Shown in pieces: positions 12,900-27,090 of a stretch of DNA of 64,000 nt. The stretch is from Eledone cirrhosa (Eukaryota), in assembly GCA_964016885.1 (NCBI GenBank), contig OZ024761.1, positions 30,814,001-30,878,000 on the forward strand. Direction: 5' to 3'. Made by a program: the position numbers and the translations under genes. How positions within the stretch are numbered: the stretch's first letter is position 1; each line of letters starts with the position of its first letter. The notes below the pieces were generated by a model, which saw only the letters and a list, made by a program, of their open reading frames with translations, ran no database searches and was not told the origin of the DNA.

Positions 12900-13320
12900 A
12901 TGAAGGACGGTGGAAAATTCCCACCATGGTGCAGCAGTGTGGTGGAGACGTCTGACATCAGTGGAGAAACTAGATTTAAGTCAATGCAGTGATTCATTTG
13001 GAAGCTCTCTACATTCCAGAACCACATTATGAGACTTATGACTCAGTGACCGTATCTGTATCAGTGAGCTGCTCAACATTACCAAACTTAGACCAATAAC
13101 ATCAATCAATTGTCAAGTCAAGAGTACTCAAACTATACGGCCATATAAAAAGATCAACTCGTGGTGTGAGGAGGTTATGCCTGGAAGGAAGGTTGGCTGG
13201 TAAGAGAAGCAGAGGCCAGCAGCCAAAACGATGAATTGATATTGTCAACTTATGCACTGGACTTGATCTTTGAACTCTACTGCTGGTGATTGAACTTTGT
13301 AGAGAGATATGAGCAGAAGA
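12900..13320 (+). mobile_element. Decayed RTE-like LINE 3' fragment; second copy at ~49330-49640(-)
   Basis: KSRVLKLYGHIKR..LEGRLAGKRSRGRQ translation; two similar copies. Confidence 0.75.
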
Positions 13321-13759
13321 ATGTTATCTCAATGATCAGGATCAAAAGATTTCAATAGGTGAAAGACTATAACAGGCATTGATTAGTAACACTGAATGCA
13401 TGTACCAATGTGTAATATAAACTCATACGGGGTCGATAAAATAAAGTACCAGTAATGCACTGGGTATTTGCTGGCCTTGTGCCTAAAGTAGAAACAATTA
13501 TTAACCATCTTGCCTTTTTGAATTCCATGTATCTAACACCCGTGGGCATACCTACAAAATCAAAAAACCCATGACTTTCAGAAACACATTTTCAACTGCA
13601 TCCTTCAAAACTGACATGCTTCCAAAAATTTGCCAACACTACACCAAATATTCCCCCTCCATACACATGCATCAATGTATGTGTGTATATCATGACTCAT
13701 ACACTGTTCACTTTCCTGACATTTGTACATTATTCTATGTACTATACATGCACCTTTGC

Positions 13760-13791
<32 letters not shown>

Positions 13792-13811
13792 TCTATAAAT
13801 ATATCATATAA

Positions 13812-13847
<36 letters not shown>

Positions 13848-14225
13848 TAGATATATATATATTTATTTATTAAAATAACAGATTAAAGTTTAAGCAAAGA
13901 ATATTTGCTCTACGGTTCTTATATATTTGATATATATTTATCCTTATCGAGCCCTCTTTGGATTTTAGTCTTCAAATTTATTATTATTACTATATATATA
14001 TATATACATCATCATCATTTTACGTCCGCTTTTCCCTGCTTGCAAGGGTGGGACGGGTCTTATTCAGCATCTCTCCACTCGTCACGGTCCCTCGTCATCT
14101 CTACCGTGAGCTTCAATGATCTGAGGTCTGTTCTCACCACCTCCGCCCATGTTTTTCGTGGTCTACCTCTACCACGTCTTCCTTCAACTGGCATTTCCTG
14201 GCACTTCTTCACTCATCGGTCATCC

Positions 14226-14297
<72 letters not shown>

Positions 14298-15240
14298 TTA
14301 TTATATAATATAGATATATTTATATAATTTATAATATATTTATAATATATAATATAATAATATATTTATAGAATGTGTATATATATATATATAAAGTGGT
14401 AAAGACCCTCTTCAGTCACAAATGAACATGAGATTTGCACCTAGAAAGTTCCCCTCCGAGACACAAGTCTGGGCAATGTTGTTGGTGGAAGACCAGCAGT
14501 CACCCATCCATACCATCCTCACTTCTCCACCGATGTTAAACAAGGGAACGGCAATGACTGATACAGCTTGGCACCAGTGATTTCGCAACTTAGCTGAGTA
14601 AACTGGAGCAACACAAAATAAACGCATCACTTGGTCTGAGAATCAAACTCACAACCTCCCAATTGCAAGCCCAATGCTCTAGCTACTGAGCTATGTGCCT
14701 TCATCACATGTATGTATGTGTGTGTGTGTATATATATAGGAACGAGTAGGACCCCGACGGCTGAGCTCAAGCCGTTTCGACAGCTTGAGCTCAGCCGTCG
14801 GGCTCCTACTCGTTCCTATTACCCACTCTGATACTCTAAGTATTGAGTACTTTGGTGCGTTATGGTCCACCTGGTTCCTTACCACATTTCCTCCGCTATA
14901 TATATATATATATATAATGGTGGCACATGGCTTAGTGGCTAGAGCATTGGCCATGCAATCGAAAGGTTAGACCGGGTGATGTGTTGTTTCCTTGAGCAAG
15001 ACACTTTATTTCACATTGCTCCAGTTTACTCAGCTGTAGAAATGAGATGATAGGGACTGGGGTCCCTATCATTCCACTGCAAAGTGGTCGTGGAGGTGCC
15101 ACAGCAAAAAAGCACCCAGCACTCACTGTAAATGAGGTTGGTGTTAGGAAAGGCATCCAGCTGTAGAAATCAAGCCAAAATCAGTTCCCGTCCCACCCTT
15201 GCAAGCAGGGAAAAAGCGGACGTAAAATTAAATGATGATG

Positions 15241-15284
<44 letters not shown>

Positions 15285-15322
15285 TGTATATATATATATA
15301 TACATATTTATATATATATACA

Positions 15323-15381
<59 letters not shown>

Positions 15382-15886
15382 ATATATATATACATATAAA
15401 TATATACATGTATATATATATACATATTTATATATATATATACATATATCATCATCACCGTTTTACGTCCGTTCTTCCACGCTAGCATAGGTTAGACGGG
15501 TTGTCCTGTTGTGGGCAGTGTCTGGTCGGTTGACCATGCCTTGCTCATACAGGAACTGATTTGGCTTGATCTCTACAGCTGGATGCCCTTCCTAACACCA
15601 ACCTCATTTACAGTGAGTGCTGGGTGCTTTTTCGTGGCGCCTACACGTCCACTTTACAGTGTGGTCTGGGTGCTTTTTTGCTGTGGCACCTCCACGACCA
15701 CCTTGCGGTGGGGGGCATATTGTCTATATGCTTCAGCTTGTACCCATGGGAGGTCGGGTACTCTGTATTACTGCGTGACGCCAGAGGTCACGGTCGTGTG
15801 TCATTGCCTTTGAGAGGTGTAATTGAGTAAGGTCGGCTTTTATCACCTCATCCCAGGTCATCTTGGGTCTCCCCACTCCGCGGTTT

Positions 15887-16035
<149 letters not shown>

Positions 16036-16594
16036 CATGTATATATATACATATTTATATATATATACATATATATACATGTATATATATATACATATTT
16101 ATATATATATATATGTACGTGTGTATATATATTTATACATATATATATATATACACATACGGGTAAATATTTCAATCATATCTCATTTTGTTTGACCCAT
16201 TTAGCTTGTTTGCTTTTTTGGCTATGGTGGTTAATGGCTTCTTAACCATCGTCTCAGCGTGTATGACTATTTTAACTTATGTTTATAGCTCTGGTATCTT
16301 CTTCTTCATATACATGGAGCGCTTGTCTGCACAATATGGAAGTTGCGTTTCGCTAATTTCTACCCGCCGAAATGCGATTCTCGCTAAATTTATATTTATA
16401 TATATATATAAATATAAATTTATATATATATAAATTTATAAATATATATATATTAAGTGTAATGAGTTCTTTTACAATGAAAATAGCTCAAAGAAAGAAA
16501 TATTTCTGAGTCATGTAAAACATTTAAATATATATTTATACATATATATACATGTATAGATATATACATTTTTATATTATATATATATATACAC

Positions 16595-16646
<52 letters not shown>

Positions 16647-16674
16647 TGTTAGTTAATATGAAGGTATATATATT

Positions 16675-16712
<38 letters not shown>

Positions 16713-17152
16713 TAAATTTATAAATATATATATATATCATCATCATCATCATCATTTCATTTTACGTCCGCTTTTTCCCTGCTTGCAAGGGTGGGACGGG
16801 AACTGATTTTGGCTTGATTTCTACAGCTGGATGCCCTTCCTAACACCAACCTCATTTACAGTGAGTGCTGGGTGCTTTTTTGCCGTGGCACCTCCACGAC
16901 CACTTTGCAGTGGAATGATATGGACCCCAGTCCCTATCATCTCATTTCTACAGCTGAGTAAACTGGAGCAATGTGAAATAAAGTGTCTTGCTCAAGGAAA
17001 CAACACATCACCCAGTCTGAGAATTGAACTCACAACCTTTCGATTGCAAGGCCAATGCTCTAACCACTAAGCCATGTGCCTCCATTTATATATATATATA
17101 TACATATATATACATGTATATATATATATTTATATATTATATATATATACAC

Positions 17153-17193
<41 letters not shown>

Positions 17194-17809
17194 GTTAGTT
17201 AATATGAAGGTATATACAATATATACAAAATATGTTTGTGAATGCAATTGAATACATCTGCTTTCATTTATACATAACATACCATACCATACCATACCAT
17301 ACCATAAAAAAAAAATTCATGTAAAATAAATCTATATTGAAAAGAATCTCTATAAAAAATAATATAATATTTTAATATATTATTCCCAGAGTATTAATGG
17401 AGTTCGTTATTTTTTTTTTTTTTTCTGTCTGTCAGTTGTTTTGGGTTTTTTTTTTTCACTCTCTCTCTGTCTCTTTTCAGAATTAAAACAATTTGTAGAT
17501 TGCAGAGGAGAGAAGCATACTGTGATGTGAGGGAGAAGGGTTTTAAGGGAGGGTGGAGGGAGCCATTCAGCAAATGGTAATGGAAGAAAGCTATTTTCAA
17601 AATATGCTTGTTTGTTTTTTTGTTTTTTTTTTCTTGTTTTTTTTTTCAGGGGTGGGGTAGGTCTTTTTTTCTTTTCTAAATGCCATAACAGACACAACCA
17701 GAAGAAGTGAATCGAGTGCTCGTCAGGAGTTATGTAATCAGGGAAGAGATGGCAGTGGCAGCAGTCTTTTTTTTTTCTATTTGACACTAAATTAATTAAA
17801 GCAGTCATT

Positions 17810-17860
17810 TTATAGCTCCTCAAAGAAGGCGACCCGTGCTTTGCCAGAGGTGGATCGAAT
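17810..17860 (-). CDS. NF2: Merlin terminal coding exon 15, IRSTSGKARVAFFEEL*
   Basis: CAG acceptor with pyrimidine tract, TAA at 17812-17810; RVAFFEEL is the merlin isoform-1 type C-terminus. Spliced CDS totals 1797 nt (598 aa). Confidence 0.95.
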   Translation of the reverse strand: MRSTSGKARVAFFEEL

Positions 17861-17937
17861 CTGGAAAAGAAAATAAAATAAAATAAAATAATATTATAAG
17901 AAATAAATGAGTAGATAAATAAATCAACCGGTCAACC

Positions 17938-18590
17938 AAGTTTAGGTGGTTGTACTGGTGACACAACAAAAAGCACACAGTCAATCCTGTTTAGGTGGTT
18001 GTACTGGTGACACAACAAAAAGCACACAGTCCATTCTGTTTAGGTGGTTGTACAGGTGACACAACAAAAAGCACAGTCCATCCTGTTTAGGTGGTTGTGC
18101 TGGTAATACAACAAAAAGCACACAGTCCACCCAGTAAAGTGGTTGTGCTGGTGATACAACGAAAAGCACAGTCCACCCAGTAAAGTGGTTGTGCTGGTGA
18201 CACAACAAAAAGCACACAGTCAATCCTGTTTAGATGATTGTGCTGGTGACACAACAAAAAGCACACAGTCAATCATGTTTAGATGGTTGTGCTGGTAACG
18301 CAACAAAAAGTACAGTCAACCCTGTTAGGTGGTTGTACTGGTGACACATCAAAAAATACAGTTAACCCTATTAAGGTGGTTGTACTGGTGATGCAACAAA
18401 AAGCACACAGTCCACCCTATTAAGGTGGTTGTGCTGGTGACACAACAAAAAGCACTGTCTACCCTGTTTAAGTGGTTGTGCTGGTGACACAACAAAAAGC
18501 ACACAGTCCACCCTGTTTAGGTGGTTGTACTGGTAACATTACAAAAAGCACACAGTCCATCCAGTAAAGTGGTTGTGTTGGTGACAGTAC
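17938..18590. repeat. Diverged ~48-bp minisatellite of the same family (opposite orientation); similar decayed arrays at ~23390-23600 and ~40820-41060
   Basis: Repeated GGTGGTTGTRCTGGTGACACAACAAAAAGCACACAGTC. Confidence 0.88.
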
Positions 18591-18812
18591 TTTTCGCAGG
18601 ATATCTGCTGTGCCCAAAAGTGTAGTTTTTATCATCATCATCACCACCAATATCATAACATTTTAGTTCACTTCACGTCAGGTATTTTCTCAGGTGCTGT
18701 CAATTTTCCCATGGCATATACATATTCAATCTACATATGTACTTTAAATGTGGCTATGTGTATGTGGTTATATGCAAGTGTGTGTGTATATAAATAAATA
18801 CATACACACACA

Positions 18813-21800
18813 CATCATCATCATTGTTTAACGTCCATCTTCCACGCTTGCATGGGTTTGGACGGGAATTTTCCCACTTGAGGCAAGATTGGTTGTCTTG
18901 CTTGTATAGGACTGTCTGGCGGGTTTTCTACGGCTGAATGCCCTTCCTAACACCAACCACATTTACAGTGTGGACTGGGAAGTTTTTACCGTGTTACCTA
19001 CACGGCCACATTACAGCATGGACTGTGTTTTTTTGTCGTGATACCTACACAACCTCATTTATTTAGGACTGGATGTTGTGGTACCAACATAACTTTACAT
19101 CAAAAGGGGGTGTGTGGGGGTGTATTTTGGTAAGAGGTGCCTACTGACTGTAGGTTTCGCTTTGCACTTAGGCAAGGTGGGTCTTCTGTATTACTGCATA
19201 GCGCCAAAGATCTCGGTCCAGTGACATTGTCTTGGAGAGGTGTAAGTGTGTGAGGTCGGAATTTATCAAGTCGTCCCAGGTTTTTCTGGGTCTGCCTACT
19301 CCGTGGCTACCGTCTATTTTGATCGCCCTGCACTTTTTTATACAGCTGTTGTCTTTCATGCGCATCACATGACCATACCAATGTACTCTTCTCTCGAGTA
19401 AACAGCATCTGATCCCTCTTATTCCTAATTTCTCACTTAGTTCATTTATGCTTTGCCGTTCACGTATATTACTATTACACATCCAACGGAGCATGCAAGC
19501 TTCGTTCCTCTCCAGTCTGTGTAGATCCTCTGCACACAATGCCCAAGTCTCACTGCCATGTAACATTGCTGTTCGTATGCAGGCGTCATACAGCCTGCTT
19601 TTCATTTTTAGAGAGAAACCTTTAGCGGCCAATAGTGGTATAAGCTCTCTGAACTTTTTCCATCCCGTTCTGACTCTAGCTACTGTACTTTCAGAGCACC
19701 CTCCACCACTGCTGATTTTGTCACCCAGGTAACGGAAGGTTTCCACTATTTCTATAGAACCATCTGTGCAATGGAATGGGCTAGTATTCTGTGGGCACTT
19801 GCTGCTACTTATTGCACCTGAGCACTGGCCACATATAAAATCTATATTCTTAGTTAGCTTACCTGTGATCCCACTACATCTTTTAAGCAGCCATACTTTG
19901 CATTTGGGACATAAAATGGAGTTTCTGCCTACTCCTTTCCTACACACTGAGCATGGCCATTTCCCAGATGGAACCAGTGCCCTATTTTCCTTCCTACATA
20001 CTAGAACTTTAGTCTTAGACAGGTTAATTTTAAGGCCTTTTGATTCTAGGCCATCCTTCCATGTTTGGAATTTCTTCTAGTTCAGCTATATGTTAGATCA
20101 TCAGCGTATAGGAGTTCCCATGGGCAGCCGGTCTTGAACTCCTCTGTTATAGCCTGAAGGGCAATAATAAATAGGAGAGGGCTAAGGACGGAGCACTGAT
20201 GAACACCAACTTTTACACTAAACTCTTCACTATACTCGTTAATTCTAACCTTGCTGACAGTTTCTTTATACATGGCTTGTATAGCTCTCACAAGCCATTC
20301 ATCAACACCTAGTTTTCTGAGAGCCCACCAGATAATGGGGCGTGGGACTCTGTCAAAGGCTTTCTCCAAGTCAACAAAAGCTAAGTATAGGGGTTTACTT
20401 TTAGATAGGTACTTCTCCTGTAGTTGTCATACAATGAAAAGAGCATCTGTGGTACTTTTACCTGACACAAACCCAAACTGCATTTCATCTAGATCAATTC
20501 GCTCTCTGATTAGTTGCGCTATTACTTTTTCTGTGACCTTCATGACCTGGTCAATTAATTTAACGCCTCTATAGTTTCCCCTATCTAGGGCATCTCCTTT
20601 ACCCTTGTAGCAGTTAATGATGATGCTGCTATACCAGTCCTTCGGTACGACTCCATTCTGTATGACTTGGTTTACTATCCGGGTGACCATAGTGTGTCCC
20701 ACCGTTCCAGATGCTTTCAGCATTTCAGCAACTATTTCCGAAGGCCCAGCCGCCTTACCCGTCTTCATATCTTTGATTGCCTTACTTATTAAACTACCTT
20801 CAACTAGCACTGCTGGTCCCTCTATTGGATCGATGTGGGGGAGACTATCTTTCTCCCATTTATTCTCCTCATTTAGTAGCCTTTCGTAATGACACTTCCA
20901 AGCTACCTTCTTATCAGCGTCAGTGATGGCAAGTACACCATCATCATTAAGGACACACTTCTCCCCGACAATATCACGGTTTTCCTTGACACATTGCCTA
21001 GCAATCCTGAACACCTCACGTTTTTGGTCCTCGTGTTGTAGAACATGCTTGAACTTTCTTTCCTCTGCTTCCCTTCTTGCGAAGTACAATTGTCTCCTAA
21101 CTTCCCTCCTGGCCACTTGATAGTCTTCTCTACTTACCCCATACTTTCCAAGCCTGCTTTTTGGCCTTGATTGACTCCTCCACCTTACTGTTCCACCACC
21201 ACGTTACTCTCCTCCTGCCTATAGGTCTGCTCCAGCCACAGACTTCATCTGCCGCCTTCAGCAGGTTAGCTTTCAGGAATTCCCACTGTTCCTCTATATT
21301 GTACGACTCTAATTGCTCTTCCTTACGGTCAAAAGCATCAAGTAATATGCTTTTAAATTTATTACTGGCTGTGGGGTCCTTTAGCTTCCATATTTTTCTC
21401 CTGAGGATAGTCCTCCTCTGTTGTCAAGTACGTCTTGTCCTGACTATGAGTCTATGTTGGGAGGTGCATTCTTCATGGGGAGGGATTTAGTGTTTACAAC
21501 AGACACTTTGTCACATCTTCTGGTAAGGATACAATCTATCTGACTGGCGTGTTCCCTTGATCTATAGGTGATCAAGTGATTGTCTCGTTTTTTGAAGTTA
21601 GTGTTAGAGATAGTTAGGTTATTTGTGTCACAGAATTCCAGGATTCTGGAGCCTTCCTCATTTCTAGTACCAAACCCATAGCCTCCATGGATTCCGTCAT
21701 AGCCGTCACAATGTTGTCCAACGTGACCATTTAGGTCGCCAGCAATAATTATGTAGTCACTGTCGGTTATTTGGGAGGTAGTGAGCATCAATGACTCATA

Positions 21801-22260
21801 GAATCTGTCTTTTATAACGCCAGGCAGTCCCGATTGGGGTGCGTACACAGATATTACTGTCACAGTAGTTCTATTTAGGACAAGTCTTATTTTAATTATT
21901 CTGTCGTTCACTCTATTTACGTCTATTATCTTATCTACCCATTTTCTGCTAACATGATTCCTACTCCACCCAGCCCATTGTCATTTCCCACCCAGAAAGC
22001 TTATAGCATCGTTTTTTACCCACAATGAATCTAGCAGACCCACCCCTCCACCTGGTCTCTTGGATACAGAAAACATCAACCTCCTTACGTTCAAGCATTT
22101 CTACAACCTCGTTAGAGCAACCTTTTAAGGTGCCTACATTCATGGTACCAACTCTGAAGTTTTGGATTGCGCTTGATGGGTGGGAATGGTGGGCGCGGGG
22201 AGGGGTGAGGGAGATGGGGTTATGTTGGCCATCCGCGGCCGAAATAAAGAGTCTGTTAGG
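18813..22260 (-). mobile_element. Near full-length, disrupted RTE-clade LINE in merlin intron 14
   Basis: APE endonuclease (NVGTL, IQETRW, YAPQ, GDLNGH), RT (NYRGVKL, QFGF, EKAFDRV, LLYADD), zinc finger; several frameshifts/stops; (GAT)n tail. Confidence 0.93.
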
Positions 22261-24011
22261 CTATATATGGTCCTACGTATGGATGCTCATATACATTCAT
22301 GTATGCATGTGCACCTCATTGCATATGAGACTATATATTTAATCTATCAATATCTATATTTCCATAATCATGTTAGTGGATATACATTTATATGCCACCC
22401 GAGACTTAGTTCTCAGGGAGATTCTGCATGACACAAAATGTGACAAGGCATCTTGCTCGAGGACACAATGCGACTCCTGGTCTGGGAATCGAGTTAACAA
22501 CCTTACAATCATGTGTCAAATGCCCTAACCTCTAAGCAGCAGTCCTTCACATATTTCTCAGTTAATTGTATCATATTATGATTAGTTTGCTATGTCTGGT
22601 TCTCTTTGCATACCTTTATTAAGTGGTTTCATTTACTTTTATCCTAGTTCTTTAACTATTAGGCTAGCATTTCACACTATATGTAATATATATGTGTTAT
22701 TTCAAATCATTTCCTAGGAACATATTATAGCATATTACATTCCTGTACATTTTCTAACCATACACCCACACAGTAATATTTTGTTTCAACTGCTACTTCA
22801 GTGGTGTGTGTAATTTACTGAATCGCTCCAGAATCGTCTACTTCTTCAATCTTATTTTAATTTCTTCTCTTAACTCATTAGCATTTACATTACTCTATAT
22901 TTGCTATTGTATTTTTATGGTAAAGACTTTACCTCACATAATATTGAATCTATGAGATTTTGATGCTATTTATTTCGAGAACAAAACCTGAACATCAGTA
23001 TGAGTGGCTAGTTATGGCCAGTTTGAACAGAAAGAGGTGAGAGAATTCTGGCTGGATATGACCGGTTTAAATACTAAAGGGTTAACTATTGATATCTAAT
23101 TTAGGCTCAAGGCCAGCAAATTCTTCAAATCCACTATTCTGATTTTAAATATTATATATTACAATTAGTTTTTAAAAATAAAATATTCTAGGTGCCAATA
23201 TGGCTGGCTAGCTGGTTAAGGAGTTTGCTTAATGATCACATGGTTTTGGATTCAATCTTGTCTCGTAGTACTCTGGGCAAGTGTCTTCTTCTGTAGCCTT
23301 GTGTTCACCAATGCCATGTTAGTGAAATTCAGTAGAAGGAATCTGTTTGGATGCCTGTCATGTACTGGTCATACTAGTGACAATAAAAGCACTCACTAAG
23401 GTGGTAGAGCTGGTACCATGACAAAAAAAAAACCCAAGTCCATCCTGTATGGTAGTATTGCTGGTACCATTACAAAAAGCACCCAGTACACTCTGCAAGG
23501 GAGTAGTGCTGGTACCACAACAAAAAGTAGCCATTCCATCCTACAAGGCAGCAGCACAGGTACCACAGAAAAATCTTCTAGTACACGCTGTAAAGTGGTT
23601 GGCATTAGGAAGGACAACCAGCCAAGTTAAAAACGAAGTGGCTGGCATTAAGGACATCCAGCCAACTTAAAGGCTCAATAAAAAGAGGGTGATAAAATAA
23701 GCAGCAGTCTTCAGAAAGCAGTGAAAGAGTAAAATAAGATTACAGCCATAAACATACTTTCCCTCTTTAGTTACTAATATCCATTACATTTAATTATGCT
23801 ATAAAACTACAAGTATATATATCATCATCATCATCATCATTTTACGTCTGCTTGCAAGGGTTAGACGGGTCCTATTCAGCACAGCATCTCTCCACTTGTC
23901 ACGGTCCTTTGTCATCTCCTCGGTGAGTTTCAGCGATCTGAGGTCTGCTCCCACCATCTCCACCCATAAATGCATATATATATATATATATATATATACA
24001 TACATAAATGC

Positions 24012-24054
<43 letters not shown>

Positions 24055-24105
24055 CATACATACATACATAAATGCATATATATACATACACATACATAAA
24101 TGCAT

Positions 24106-24146
<41 letters not shown>

Positions 24147-24849
24147 TATCAATATACATACACACACATGTATACATTTACATACACACATATATATATA
24201 TATATATCATCATCATCATCATCATTTCATTTTACGTCCACTTTTTCCCTGCTTGCAAGGGTGGGACGGGAACTGATTCTGGCATGATTTCTACAGCTGG
24301 ATGCCCTTCCTAACACCAACCTCATTTACAGTGAGTGCTGGGTGCTTTTTTGCCGTGGCACCTCCACGACCACTTTGCAGTGGAATGATAGAGACCCCAG
24401 TCCCTATCATCTCATTTCTACAGCTGAGTAAACTGGAGCAATGTGAAATAAAGTGTCTTGCTCAAGGAAACAACACATCACCCGGTCTGAGAATTGAACT
24501 CACAACCTTTCGATTGCAAGGCCAATGTTCTAACCACTAAGCCATATATTCATATATATGTATATAATTCATTTGTGAAGCGCACATGGTAATTAAATGC
24601 TCTCTCTCCACCTACATAGTTGTTCTAAATTTCTCCTCTCCGTGCTCTAATAAACTGCCCGAGATATTATGAAATGCAGCTGTAGTGATTTACTTGAAAT
24701 CAAAAGACACCAAATCTCAGAACTAAGCAAATTCTTTTCCTTTACTTAACTGTAATCCAATAAGCCTCCCAGCAGGAGGCCTAATGAATTATATGAAAAT
24801 AAAATATAACCATATAATATTGATTATTATCATCATTATTAATATTATT

Positions 24850-25010
24850 GTAGTAGTAGTAATTATGATGGTGGTACTGAGGCTGGTAGCAGTGGTAGTG
24901 GTAAGTAGTTGTAGTGGTGGTGGTATTGGTGGCAGTGGTAGTAGTTGAAGTGATGGTGAAAGTAATAGTAGTAGTGGTGGTGGTGGTGGTGGTGGTGGTG
25001 GTGGTGGTGA
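24850..25010. repeat. (GGT)n/(AGT)n microsatellite
   Basis: Direct inspection. Confidence 0.9.
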
Positions 25011-25454
25011 TATTTTTACTTCTGCATCTGCTTTTCCACGATGGCGTGGGTTGGGTTAGGCTGGGTTAGACGGCTAGACCCGGTCTGAGCCAGTTCTTAT
25101 TTGGTGTCATTGCCCTGACAAAGGGTGTCCATTTTCTTGGCAAAGTTTCTATGGCTGGATCCCCTTCTTAACAGCTGTAATTTAACCCTTTAAATACCAA
25201 CCTACTCAAAGCCACCTCTGTTAAAGTGATCAAATTTAAACTTAAAACATTGAAATGAAATCTTATAATTTGATATAATTGTTTCTACTTTAGGCACAAG
25301 GCCAGCAATTACCCAGTGCATTACTGGTACTTTATTTTATCGACCCCGTAAGGATGAAAGGCAAAGTCAACCTCGGCGGGATTTGAACTCAGATTTAATA
25401 TAATTTAATATAATATTAGATTTTAGTATTTAAATATTTGTCTTTTATTATTAA

Positions 25455-26080
25455 GAATGGCAGATTGGCAGAATCGGTAGAGTGTCAGACAATATTCTTT
25501 GCAGCATAAAGCTAGGACACTTCATGTTCTGAGTTCAAATCCTGCCAAGGTCAGCTTTGCCTTTCAACCTTTTAGGGGTTCAATAAAATAAAGCACCAGT
25601 AACGCACTGGGGTCGATTTAATCGACTTTCCCCTTCCCAAAAATTGTTTGCTTACTGCCTAAATCAGAAACCATTAAGGTGAAAGTATTGGTAGAGGGTT
25701 GGACGCCATGCTTTCCAGCATAGTTACGTCCCTTTACAGTCTGAGTTCAAATCCCGCCGAGGTTTACTTTGCCTTCCATCCTTACGGGGTCGATAAAATA
25801 AAGTACCAGTAATGCACTGGGTAATTGCTTGCCTTGTGCCAAAAGTAGAAACAATTATTAAGGTGAAAGTGTTAAGAGTGATGGATTTGGCAGAATCAGT
25901 AAAGCGTCGGATACAATGCTTTGTGGTATTTATCATAGTTATGACTTTCTGCACTCTGAGTTCAAATCCTGCTGAAGTCAACTTTGCCTTTCATCCTTCC
26001 AGAGGTCAATAGAATAAAGTACCAGTAATGCACTGGGGTTGGTATAATCGACATTCACCTTCCCCCCAGTTGCTGGCCTT
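25455..26080 (+). mobile_element. Three tandem copies of a second tRNA-like SINE family; many other copies (~3718-4360, 25275-25395, 27280-27475, 35650-35790, 41705-41900, 53980-54100, 57240-57450, 59840-60000, 61170-61650)
   Basis: GGCAGAATCGGTAGAG..CTGAGTTCAAATCC..CTTTGCCTTTCATCC..GGGGTCGATAAAATAAAGTACCAGT consensus. Confidence 0.85.
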
Positions 26081-26930
26081 CAAAGAGATGAGTTCTTTCT
26101 AGTATAGCTTCCCTCCATTTTTCTTTCTTTAGTCATCTTCTTTGTGAGGTTCAGCATGGACCATTTATGCTCAAGTCTTCTTTCCGTGGTTTTCCTCTTC
26201 CACTTGTAACTCCTAGCACCTCTTCACCCAAAGGTCATCATTCATATGCATCACATGTCTATACCAGTGCAACCTTCTCTCCTGCACACTACATCTGATT
26301 CTTCCTATTGCCCAATTTTTCTCTCAGCTCATCGAAGCACATCGATATTACTCTATAAACGTAAAGTAAGTACAGGGCTTATATGAATGTTCTCATCCTT
26401 CTACACGAAGGCCCAAGGCCTAGTGGTTAAGGTGTTGGATGTATGGTCATAATATCATGAGTTCAATTCCAGGACAGGGTAGTGAGTTGTGTTCTTGAAG
26501 AAAACACTTCATTTCACACTGCTCCAGTACACTCAGCTGAAAATGGGTACTGGCAGGTGCTGGGGGTTAACCTTGTGATGGACTGGCGTCTTGTCCAGAG
26601 GGGGAGTTGTGTACTCTCAGTCACTTAACCCTTTAGCATTTACATTACTCTATATTTACTATTGTATTTTCACAGTAAACACTTTATCTCACATAATACC
26701 AAATCAACGAGATATTGATATTCTTTATTTTGAGAACAATACTTTAATGTAAATTTGAGCAGCCAGTTATGGCTGGTTTGAACAGAAAGAGGTGAGGGAA
26801 CTCTGGCCGGATATGGCCAGTTTAAATGCCATATTTAAATGCCATAGTTAAAGCTGTGGAAATTGGGATAACCACCAGCCGGATAAACTCCTGGGGCTTG
26901 AAAATAAGAAAGAAAAAAAAGGTATCTTAC

Positions 26931-27090
26931 CCTCCTAAGTGTTGAGTACTTAGTGTCTCCTCTTGTTACACTTTCCTCATGCAGCCGATCCAGTTCTGTC
27001 TGGTTTTCTTCCACCTTTAAAACTTCTATCTCTGTCTTCAGGTCTTGTAGCTGTCTATGCAAATGTTTACTTTTCTCCATATACTCCACT
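26931..27090 (-). CDS. NF2: Merlin exon 14, (R)VEYMEKSKHLHRQLQDLKTEIEVLKVEENQTELDRLHEESVTRGDTKYSTLRR
   Basis: CAG/GTAAGA bounded, 160 nt phase 2-0; C-terminal domain EYMEKSKHL..LKTEIE. Confidence 0.95.
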
